DNA from: Hydrurus foetidus
Lineage: Eukaryota
Assembly (NCBI GenBank): GCA_900617105.1
Contig: UYFQ01000138.1
Location: forward strand, 1 to 64,000
Direction of reading: 5' to 3'
Length of the DNA stretch: 64,000 nt
Made by a program: the position numbers and the translations under genes. Shown piece after piece: positions 1 through 9,942 of the stretch. Below the pieces are notes generated by a model that was not told where the DNA came from, did not search any database, and was given only the letters and a program-made list of their open reading frames with translations. The stretch's first letter is position 1; the number at the start of each line of letters is the position of its first letter.

Positions 1-2776
1 TGTTTTATAATCTTCTAGTGTGACATTATCGAATGTTAATGCACGAAGATGTCTATTAACTTCTTTATTCATGCGCTCAACAATAGCATTTTCTTCTTTA
101 GAGTATGCTAAAGTAAGACAATGTTGAGTGCCAATAAGAGTTAGAAACTCTCTAATAACTTCGGAAACGAAGTGTGGCCCATTATCAGAACGGAGTTGGA
201 GAGGTGCGCCGAAACGACCGAAGTGTTGCAAGAGGCATTTAGCTGTTGAAAGTGCTGTAGCATCTTCTGTATGAAACAGTTCAACCCATCTTGTGAACGT
301 ATCGATAATTACGAGTACGTACCCGCCGTCTGGAAACGGTCCTATGAAGTCTATGTTAAGGCATTCCATAGGTGTGTAAGTAGAAGTTGAGAAACCATGA
401 GCATGTATTGGTATCTTTAACATACTCATTTTCTGACAACACGAACAGTGATCTATGAACCACCTGACGTGCTGACGCATATATTGCCATACTATCTTTT
501 TGTCAATGAGACGCTTTAAAGTGCGCTCAAGGCCAAAATGCCCAACTTGTGAATTGTGTACTTTACTGATTGTATTGTACTGATCACGTGTTAGTTTGAA
601 TTTTTCAATAGTATTAGCAGACATGATTGCATCAGGAGTATATTCCTGAGGGAAATCAACCATGTTATTGCGACAGAGTCGAGACATCGAATCAGCTATA
701 TCATTGTTAGCACCAGGTATATATTCAATTTTAAATGAATATTCGGATAAGGCCATAAACCACCGAACAATCATTGGATTTGAATTATCCTTGATGTATA
801 ACAAGTTACGATGATCTGTACGCAATGTGAACGTACGATCACGTAATAGCGATTTTAAATACGTGCACGAATAAAAGATAGCATATGCTTCTTTTTGTAT
901 AACAGCCCAACGAAGCTGAGCTTTGTTAAGTGATTTACTGACAAATGCTATGGGCGTTTCTTGACCGTCAACTAGCTGGAAAAGATAGGCACCTACACCA
1001 TAGTCCGATGCATCAGTGTGCAAGTAAATCGGATCGGTGTCACTTAAAAAGTGCATAGTCGTGCATTTTGAAATCTCGGATTTGATCAAATTGAATGCTC
1101 TGAGAGATTCTATTGTCCAAGTTATTTTCTTATACTTATTATAGTTAAGAAGCAACTGATGTAACGGGTATACAACAGTAGAAGCGTTTCTAACAAAGTC
1201 GTGAAAATAATTAACCAATCCAAAAAACTCTTGAGTTGTTTAGATAGTACTGGTTTAGGAAAATCTAAGACATTCCGTATTTTTTCTTGTGACATTCTAA
1301 GTCCATCTGCAGATAGAACTTTGCCAACATAATCTATTTCGGCATAGCCTAGAAAACACTTATTCGGTTTAAGGAATATTTTGTGTTTTCTAAAGCGTTC
1401 AAAAACAAGACGAAGTCTAGAAATAAGTTCGTCAATGTCTTTACCGAAAACATTGCAATCATCTATGTACATTTCGCATATAGAGTATATCAGCCCTGCT
1501 AACACAACAGTCGTCATGATCTGTTGGAAATAGGAGGGTGCTTGTTTTGGCCCAAAGGGTAAACGAGTGAATTGATATACTCCGCAGAAAAGTATGAATG
1601 CAGTATAAGCACGTGCAGCAAGTGTAAGTGGTGCTTGATGGTAACCTTGAGTGAGGTCAAGTACAGCAAACACTTTTGCTTTATGTGCACCTATTCTACG
1701 CAACATCTCACCGATGTGTGGAATAGGATGTGATTTATCTTCGGTACAATTGTTGAGATTCCGAAAATCAATACACATGCGCTTAGTTCCATCAGATTTT
1801 GGAACTAGCAAAACTTGGCTATAATAAGCCGCGTTTGATTTTTCAACAATATTTTGTTTTTCAAGTTTTTTAATTTGACTGAGAATGTCAGCTTGATCAA
1901 CTGTTGATTTAGCCCATGGAGGTTGTCTATTTTTAGGAACTCTCCATTGGTCGTCATTGACATGAAAGTCAAAGGGTGGAATATCAGCAGGAGTGGCCGA
2001 AAGTTCACTGCTAAATATATCCTTGAATTCGTGTACTAGTAACCGAAGTTTATTTTTCTGATCTTCATCACCTGCTAAGTTTATTAGCGAGAGTGGGTCA
2101 GTATCAGGAAATTCATCTATCCAAGGTGAAAACGAGTCCTTGATCGAGTCGTCGATTTCGTCCTCATCAGGGGCACAGCCTCAAAAAGTCTTTCAGACTC
2201 TTGTATTAGTGAAGCTAGAATAACGTGTGTTTGGGTTACTGCCGGTTTCACCTTTTGGGTTAAAGGATCGACCTTTGGGGAGCCATCAGAGGGTTGCAAC
2301 TTCTCCTTAGGCTGACAGCCACACGTTATATCCACTTGTTCAGAAGATAAAACTTCCGCTAATGAGGTAGTGCTTGATGAAGCATTGGCAGATATTTGAT
2401 CGGGGAAACGTGAAAATAAATTCAATTCGCGAATTGCTTTTCGTCCCACTATTAGATCAAATTTTGAATCGTTTAAAACATAAGCCGTGATTTGAAAAGT
2501 ATAATAATTATTTAAATCAGGGCAAAAATAAGAAAGAGTTAAGTCTATAGTGTCAGAAATATCATAACAATGATTATCTAATCCACTACAAACTTTACAC
2601 AATTTCTTTGAAGAGTTAGAAACGAATTGTGTGAAATTATGATTAGTTATAATGCGGCGATGTATAAAGTTGCCAGCAAAAGAGCCGGTGTCCAGGAGAG
2701 TAAAGACTCTATTACTTTTTCCAGCATAACCTCCTGTGAGAGGGAGATACGAAGAAAGGAATAAGTTCTGGATCAT
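1..2776 (-). CDS. Gypsy Pol (protease, RT, RNase H, integrase), with 1-nt frameshifts near 2172 and 1220
   Basis: LLDTGS protease; RMCIDFRNLN, LDLTQGYHQ, RLPFG and YIDD in RT. Manual translation of 1-1220 gives LHTDASDYGVGAYLFQ, KEAYAI, TDHRNL and ADSMSR (RNase H), and GHFGLERT, CSCCQ, IDFIGP, IDTFTRWVE, RSDNG and VERMNK (integrase). Confidence 0.92.
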
Positions 2777-4205
2777 CGGAAAGAATAGATGATGAATTTA
2801 GGTTGCATAGTTGCTCACCTTTGTGTTTCTTCGCAGCGTTTGTCGAGTCTGCTGTTGAAGTAGCAGGTTTTGACGAAGAGGAAGAAGAAGAGGAAGACAA
2901 TGAAGAAGAGGTCGATGTCTTAGGTAAAGTTGGAATAAACTTAGCCTTTGAATCGACTTTCAACAACTGCTTATGACCCTCAGAGTTGATATAGGGTGAG
3001 TCTGTACTGTTATAGTACGGAGACGTAGTGTAGAAACACGTGGCGACGAAATGGCCAAGTCTCCCACAACCTGTGCACAGAGGTCTTTCGAATTTGTCAG
3101 ACTTGTCTGATTGCACTGATTGTTCGCTCTCTCGTGGACGTTTTTTGATTTTGTCATGAGAGGAACGAGGAGGAGCTTTGATTTGGCGAGAGTGATCACC
3201 ATACAAAGGAGAGACATCAATGAACCGTAAGGCATCAATTGATTCTCGTAGCTTAGCAAGCTGCGCAAGCCATACGAATCGAAAGTCTTCGATTGTAATG
3301 AGTCTTGGCGTTGTATTGTTAAGACTACGCTGTAACACTGCTCTCCAATTGATAGGTTCGACAGGCAACTTATCGATTAGAATTTTGGTTGCCTGAAGTT
3401 GGAGAGCGGGTGTTGCATCAGGGAATCCATCAACAATATCAGCTAAAAGCTGATCTGTCTTATCTTCCACTGATTTATCCTTCAGGTCGAATTGAAGTGC
3501 GACCTGAGAGACAGTTTCAATGAAACTCAGCTTGTCAGTTCGATTGACAGCTGATGTAGGAACTGTGAGATTGAGTTCTCTACAGAACAATTGATTCGAC
3601 CAATGTTTCCAATTGTTACAGGAGTCGCGACGATCGGGATCAGTTGCAAACTTACGCTTGAGAAGCGTTGTAAACGATTGATGGTTGGAAACATGGACTA
3701 CGTCAACTGGTTTAAATGGAGTTCCATTTGAAAGGAGGACCTCCATTACCCGTAGTACTTCCTGACGAGAGGGCACGGCGCTCAACTTAGGAGCTCTCTC
3801 ACCCGTCTGCACATATTGCTGGGGTGGTGCCATCGTCCTTGGAATAGGATTCTCAGCAATAGCTGGTGTCGCATTTGAATCTGGTATCGCAGCCGAAGCT
3901 GGTATCGCAGCCGAAGCTGGTGTCACAGCCGAAGCTGGTTGCAATGACAAAGCAGATAACGCCGAAATGACAGGAATATCAATGACAGACATGACCGCAG
4001 GCTCCGAATTCCGCTGAGGAATCGGTGCAGACAGGTCGCCGGCGGGGTCCTGAGCCGCAGGTGGCCCAGGAGACTCTGCGTCTCCACTACGATTGTGATG
4101 GTCGTCATAGCGTTGTCGGAACGCGACGGCTACAGCACGAGGTTGCTGCTTTCGCCGAAGGGCGTTGATGGAGGATGTCTTTTTGTCTTGGCGGCGTAGA
4201 GCCAT
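2712..4205 (-). CDS. Gypsy Gag-like protein
   Basis: Long ORF with CCHC knuckle CTGCGRLGHFVATC, directly upstream of the protease. First ATG at 4205; true start uncertain. Confidence 0.8.
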   Translation of the reverse strand: MALRRQDKKTSSINALRRKQQPRAVAVAFRQRYDDHHNRSGDAESPGPPAAQDPAGDLSAPIPQRNSEPAVMSVIDIPVISALSALSLQPASAVTPASAAIPASAAIPDSNATPAIAENPIPRTMAPPQQYVQTGERAPKLSAVPSRQEVLRVMEVLLSNGTPFKPVDVVHVSNHQSFTTLLKRKFATDPDRRDSCNNWKHWSNQLFCRELNLTVPTSAVNRTDKLSFIETVSQVALQFDLKDKSVEDKTDQLLADIVDGFPDATPALQLQATKILIDKLPVEPINWRAVLQRSLNNTTPRLITIEDFRFVWLAQLAKLRESIDALRFIDVSPLYGDHSRQIKAPPRSSHDKIKKRPRESEQSVQSDKSDKFERPLCTGCGRLGHFVATCFYTTSPYYNSTDSPYINSEGHKQLLKVDSKAKFIPTLPKTSTSSSLSSSSSSSSSKPATSTADSTNAAKKHKGEQLCNLNSSSILSDDPELIPFFVSPSHRRLCWKK

Positions 4206-4590
4206 AACTTTGACGTGATGGTTTAAGTTGGAGGAGTCGAAGACAAAAAGTCGGAAAAGAGAAAAACTTTCTCGGAGGAAACTTCGGTGAAGACCGAATA
4301 TCGATATTGTGGTCTGACGGCGGGGCCTAGGACGGGAGGCGAAGTTGGAGAAAGCGGAGGACGGAAAGCGGAGGACGGAAGGCGTGGGCAAACGAAGGCA
4401 AAGTCGAGAGTCGGTGGAATAGACTTGTGTTAGTATCTTGCAGTTGAGTATATACAAGTGATGTGTACGCTAAGTGCATTCACGTCATATGTGGAACTAA
4501 GACCTAAAAGTGGAATCTGAGCGTAATATACCTATTGTACCTAGTTAACCTAGACACATTGTATTCCCTTAGGAATGCAATAAGGCTACA

Positions 4591-7211
4591 CCAGCTAGGT
4601 GTCCCGGTATGTCTAAGGGCAGCTTAGCGATAAGCTGGTGACCATTGGTCATTTCGCGAGTTAGTTTGTTGTGCAAGAACGCACCAGGAAAGTCGAAGTC
4701 ACCGATAAGGAGGCGGTTTGTACACTTGCGGGAAGTAGCATCAGCAAGGTATGCGGCGAGTATGAATGCTCTGTTTGTGGTATCAGATGTTCCAGCATAC
4801 GTTTCGTTGTATGATTTGCGTGGTTGATGGCTGCCATCGATTGCGAGGCGTGCGGTGACGAGCCCGTTTGATTTCTTCTTTATGAACATTTGGCTTCGTA
4901 GGAATATGGCGGAAGGCTCGATGGCGGTGCGTGGGATCACAGTGAGAGACTCGTACGTTTCAAAGTGTTTGTTCAGTTCTTTCGTTATGCTGGCACTGAT
5001 TTCGCTTGCTGGGAGTATTTTAGATGCTTGTCGTATTGACATCTCGGCTCGGTGTGGCGGTAGCGGAGTGGGCTCGATGTGTGTCGCGCGGTTATTTAGA
5101 GCGAGGGAAGAGTTAATTGATTGACGATGGTGGCGGTTTCTAGTGGCTGCATCTTTCGCGTTTTGGATTCGTCGTTGTATTGCGTTAATGAATGCATGGT
5201 TACTCTCTGTACTGGGTGAAGTAGCGGGCGATAGTGTTGAGGAGAAGCCGTGCCACTTTTTCGGTACTGATACTCGAGTTGATCGGCGGAGTGGGGGTGC
5301 TGTTTGTTGGAGTTGGACGGGTGCTAGGGGCGTTGTAGCGCTGATGTCAGCTGTTGTTGGGATGGTTGTGGCAAGTACTGGCGTGTCTTCTGGCGGGTTG
5401 GTTGGGTGGATTTCAAGTGGTGGTACGGATGAGGAAGTGATGGATGATGGTTGGGCAAGTGCGGTAGGACTAGGTGCGGGTGGTGGTCTTGGTGAAGTTA
5501 CGAGTGGTGTCAGGCTAGGGGTAATGTGTAAAGACGAGATGAGATCGACGGGCAGTGGTGATGGGAGCCACTCCGTAACAGTAGCTATGGCCTCAACTGT
5601 TGGGGTGTTCGGGAGCTGAACCACATTGTTATTAGGGTGAGGTTTCTCATCGACTGAGGGGGGTGGAATGGGTGGGAGGGTGGTCCTTAGGGTGTAGGGT
5701 TTAGAGATCCAGTCGAATGGAGTAAATGTAGCTGGGAATGAGGTTGTTGGGCGACGAGGTACAATTGATCCGTTGGCGAGGAGGAATAGTGTGCGTCCTG
5801 TAATACAGTCAGGGCCCATACAGACGCCAAGCTCTGCTTTGGGTTCTGAGTTGGTAGCGGTCTGGTGTGCTCGAGCCAAGGAAGCGCGTTTATCGATATG
5901 TTGAGTAACCATGCAGCAAGCGCCGAAGGGGAATATTCTACGGGTTGGCTTGGACCCTCGGAGCAGCTCATCTGGTGTAGATGGTGCACTGCGTACGTTG
6001 ATCAGTGAATTTCTAATTGCGGCGATGGCTTTATGGAGATAGATGGTGTATTTTACTGGTAGATGATAGGGGAGTGAGGACAGGGTGGCGGTGGTGAGCT
6101 GACGGAGGGTAAAGATGGATCGTTCTACGCGGGCTGCGTACTCTCCAGGAGTTGATGCTTGGAGTTTGATGCCGATAGATCCGAGGGGGCTTGCTAGGGA
6201 GATATTTATTTTTCTCGCAGTCTCCGTGGAGGGTTTGGACGCGATGTTGGTTGGAGTTGAAAGTGGTTGCGATGTGATTGTGTAGTGCCTTAAACATGGC
6301 CGGGGTCGATTTGGATGTTGAACCGACTATAGAGAGGTGCCGGAGAATTCATCAACGAGGATGATTTCATGCGTGTGCTGGCCAGGAGAGATTTCGGGGA
6401 GGAGTTGTGGGTCAAAGCTGAGGACTTCGCCGATTGAAGTTGCAGGTGGGCTGGTCGATGGGAGGTTTGGGGGATTATGGTGCTTGCCAGCAGCACAGTG
6501 TGGGCAAGGACCTCGGAGGTGGCGGTTCAGAGAGATATCAGCGCTTGTCAACACACTGTAAGGTAACTTCCCGGTAGAGAGGTTCGTAGCAAGGCTGCGA
6601 TCTGATGGGTGGCATAAGTCATTGTGGAGTTCTTCGGCGGCGTCCGCGCGAGCTCGTTGTTCAGCGTTGACATGGAGTATAGGGTACGATGACAGTGCCA
6701 TGGATTGGTGGTATTGTAGGGGGGATATGGTTGCTGCGTGGTGAAGGGCAGTGAAGTCAACGGGTAGTAAATTAGTTGGTGATAGAGCTGCATTAGCTAG
6801 CAGAGGGCCGTGGATTGCGGAGTGGATGCACACGTGTGTGAGTGGACGTAGGGGGTCAGGGCCGTATGTGGCGCCGCAGCGCTGCATGTGGCCGAGGCTT
6901 AGAAGGTTGACGGGAATAGTTGGCGATAGGTAGGCGGTGTTCATGTCATTGGTTGTAGGGAGACATAGTAGCCGACCGCTGTGAGTAACTAGGCAGGATC
7001 CGCCAACGCCGCCGATAGAGAATGGTTGGTTGACAGGAGTTATGTTGTAGAGTAGGGATGCATCATTCACTGTATGGAATGAGCAAGCGTTATCCCAGTA
7101 GGATGCTTGTGGGGCTGTAGGGGCTACGATTGTAGATGCGAGTGCTAGGGGGTATGAGAAGAATGTTTCGTGATCTGAGGGGTCCGGAGTGATGGTGGGG
7201 TGGTTAGATAG
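4591..7211 (-). CDS. Copia A Pol (PR, IN, partial RT), with indels near 6335, 6205 and 5980
   Basis: In frame with gag after the TGA. ORFs 6327-7070 and 4569-5912 align with Copia B pol. Confidence 0.85.
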
Positions 7212-8444
7212 TCAAGCAGAGTCCGGATAGTCTGATGCGCCGATGGCAGCTTCGGCAATGAGCAGCATCGTCGCATTAGATGTCTCTGTGTCGGCCGCGT
7301 GGTCGAGTTGTCCGAGTAGGGCTCGCAGCCGCTGTGAAGTTGGTGTAGCTTGTGCTGTTGGAGTCGACTGTGGGGGGCGGGCGCCAGGGCTACGAGATGG
7401 GTTCTTCGAGCAGTTTGCTGAGAGGTGGCCAAACCTTTTGACTTTGTCGGCTGCAAGACACCATGTGCAGTGGGTTGGATGGAGGCGTTGTGATTTGGCA
7501 AGCGGGTCTTTGGGCGTCTGTCGGTTAGGGTGCGTGGCGTTGTCATTTTGTTTAGCGGCTACGAGCGCGGATCCTTGGCTAGAGGCGTCGTCGCGGGTAA
7601 ATGAAAGGGAGTTAGCGACTTTCCAGCTTTGTAACTGCGACATCAGGGCGGTGGGGTCAGGAAAGCGGCCCGTTGGATTATTTTGGAGTAGTTCGTCTAG
7701 CGCTCGCCGAAACTCGCCTCTGTTAAGGCCAGCTAGGTAGAGGAAGCTGGTCAGCTCGCGGAGGGAGACGTAGCCGGGAAATTCAGCCGGTTCGAAATCT
7801 AGTTTGAAGGTGTCCGCCATCGATGTAACTAGATCCATGTACTGTTCATGTTGAAGATCAGCTTGGGTCACATTTGCATATAGTCGTGTCCGGTGGAGTT
7901 TAGTTGCAGCGTTCCCGATTGAGTGAATATCTCGGGTCATACGGTAGAATTGATAACTGCGGTTGCCTATCGCGAGTAGTTGGTATGCAGCGTAGTTCGG
8001 GTGTGTCTTGATTGATGTGTGTGATGCTAGGGATAGGTGTTTGTATAGATGGTCTAAACAGTCTGTGTCTTGATCGGAGAACCTTTGAGCAGCGGTGGTG
8101 TAAATTTTGCGGTCATCCCGAAAATCGGTATTGCCTTGGGTGCTGAGTGGTATGAGAGCCAAGTTGATGGGTAGGTTGTCCGCTTCCAGAGCGGTGAGGG
8201 CGCGTCGTGAGTATGTGTATTGATTGGGAATTGGGAGACCTTCGGCGTCCTTATCAAGGTCAGCTTTGGTGGGCTCAACAGCGAAGGGAACTAGGGGGAT
8301 GAGTCAGTCCGAAAGGATTTGTTGGCCTGCGACACCAAATTTGGTGAAGCAGAGAAGTTTGAGAGATTGGATCCATTGAGACCAATTGTCTCGCTGGGGG
8401 TCGAGGATTACTGGGGATGAGGGTACTGTTGTTGTAGAAAGCAT
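7212..8444 (-). CDS. Copia A Gag (indels near 8270-8310)
   Basis: ATG at 8444 (MLSTTTVP..LKLLCFTKF) is homologous to the Copia B ATG at 50993. Knuckle CTWC-x10-H-x4-C; ends at TGA 7214-7212. Confidence 0.8.
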
Positions 8445-8461
8445 GTTTATCTTTAACCAAT

Positions 8462-8789
8462 TGTCGGAACTCGGCCGAAAGTCGTAAACGTAACGGTTGA
8501 AACAGATTGGTTAAAGATTACGGCTTTAAATTGTGTGTGGGTATGAGTGATAAAACGATGTTATGGAATATGAAAAGCGATTGGTAGTTGTGTAACAATG
8601 GTTTTGTGGTGAAATGTCGTAGCCAGGAACAACGGTGGAATTTACCCAGGAGGGTGTCCGGTAAATCCGTAAGTTGACAAATGAACTGACAGTGAGGGAC
8701 GTGTGAGGAAATTTTATGGGACCCAGAGGCCTCAAAGTGCCCCCTCTCCTTTTAATACCCCCTTGCAGTCACACTCAACAGTGTCGACA
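8462..8789 (-). repeat. Putative 5' LTR of Copia A
   Basis: The 3' end CCGAGTTCCGACA matches the LTR end of Copia B (CCGAATCCCGACA). The 5' start TGTCG at 8789 would give TGTCG..CGACA termini, but this boundary is uncertain. Confidence 0.6.
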
Positions 8790-9942
8790 GCAAACTGAAT
8801 TATTGTGCTTAAATTTTGATGTGCAATCAAGTAAGTATCAAGCTAGCCATCGTTATAATAACGCTCACATTTATTCGTGTTTCTTGCTACCCCATAGCCG
8901 GCCAAACCTACGCGGACATTTGTCCGTTGAATAATTGGCATTGTACCCGAGGGTCCTCTTATTGATTCTTGAACTGAAATGAGAATTCCATCATCGTCAG
9001 TTGTTTGTATCAAAGACCTTCCGAAACGCAGTTGATGTACTGTAGCTTGGCCGATGATTGCGTCAGGGCAGCAATGTTGACAAGGAATCATCACCTAATC
9101 CTTTGTAGAGTAAAACAAGTTTTGATCTGGGTACTAGCAAAAAGTTGATTAAAAATTAGCTCGACAATACACCACACAAGCTCGCGTACTGTATGCGGTG
9201 TTTGGTATTTAACTACTTGGATAGTTTCGCAAAAAATGATTCGTTGATTTTAACAAAATTTACACACTTAAATAAATTATCTAAGTACAACTAAAAGATG
9301 GAGAAGTAGGTTACACCGATCCTTCAACTTACGTGTGTGGGTGTAAATGTATTTCGAAAGTCTGAAATGAAAAGAAAAAGATCCTAATACAATTTTACTT
9401 TCACAATTCTAACGGATACAAAAATCTTTTATTCAATTTAATTCTGATGCGAACAATGTTTAATTTACTCAGCCAGATTCCTCCTACTTACTAATATGTA
9501 TAAATTTTCAATTTACCAGTAAATTCTTCGCGCACTTCAGTTGTAAGGAATTTTTGATTTTTATTGACATGTAACTATCGAACTTATTAGTCGAAGTTGT
9601 ACAACAGCAAGTCTAACTATTATACGGAATAAATTAAACTGATGTCTAAAAGAACAATAATTTCTAAAATCTAATCTATCTGCGCACGACCAATTTCTAT
9701 AAAAACTCTATTTCTTTAAACAATTCCCCACTTTTCACGACTTTCGTGCTACATTGAGATTACAGTACAATTATTTAACACTAGAATTGGTGACCGTGTA
9801 ATATGGTGAACATGGACAGTGCGCGGAGTACGGCACTGAACTCACTCACTCGCATCCGCCACCTAACGCACACTGCAGGTCAGTGGGCACACTAGTATGA
9901 TACATCTTTTCGTATTCATCTCTCCTCGAAGTCGTGGATACT

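Larger units (their letters stand above)
1..4590 (-). mobile_element. Ty3/Gypsy LTR retrotransposon (5' LTR, gag, PR-RT-RH-IN), truncated by the window edge and nested in a Copia element
   Basis: Domain order PR-RT-RH-IN. Minus strand begins TGTAGCC at 4590, exactly where Copia RT homology stops. Confidence 0.93.
4591..8789 (-). mobile_element. Ty1/Copia LTR retrotransposon A (5' LTR, gag, PR, IN, start of RT), interrupted by the Gypsy element
   Basis: PR YWDNACSFH; IN HNDLCHP..CPHC, VDEFSG, HGDCE; RT TARLAIDG and DFDFPGAFLH. PR-IN-RT order, colinear with element B at 50.7-56.3 kb. Confidence 0.92.

Noticed and set aside
2712..2776. Programmed gag-pol frameshift in the Gypsy element
   Set aside because: The overlap exists, but there is no clear slippery site and the local indel error rate makes it undecidable.
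8712..8726. Plus-strand TTATGGGACCCAG resembling a half-tRNAiMet Copia PBS
   Set aside because: Wrong strand and position for Copia A, imperfect, and no plus-strand element follows.
8843..9094. 83-aa minus-strand ORF next to the Copia LTR
   Set aside because: Could be an exon, but no recognisable motif or supportable gene model.
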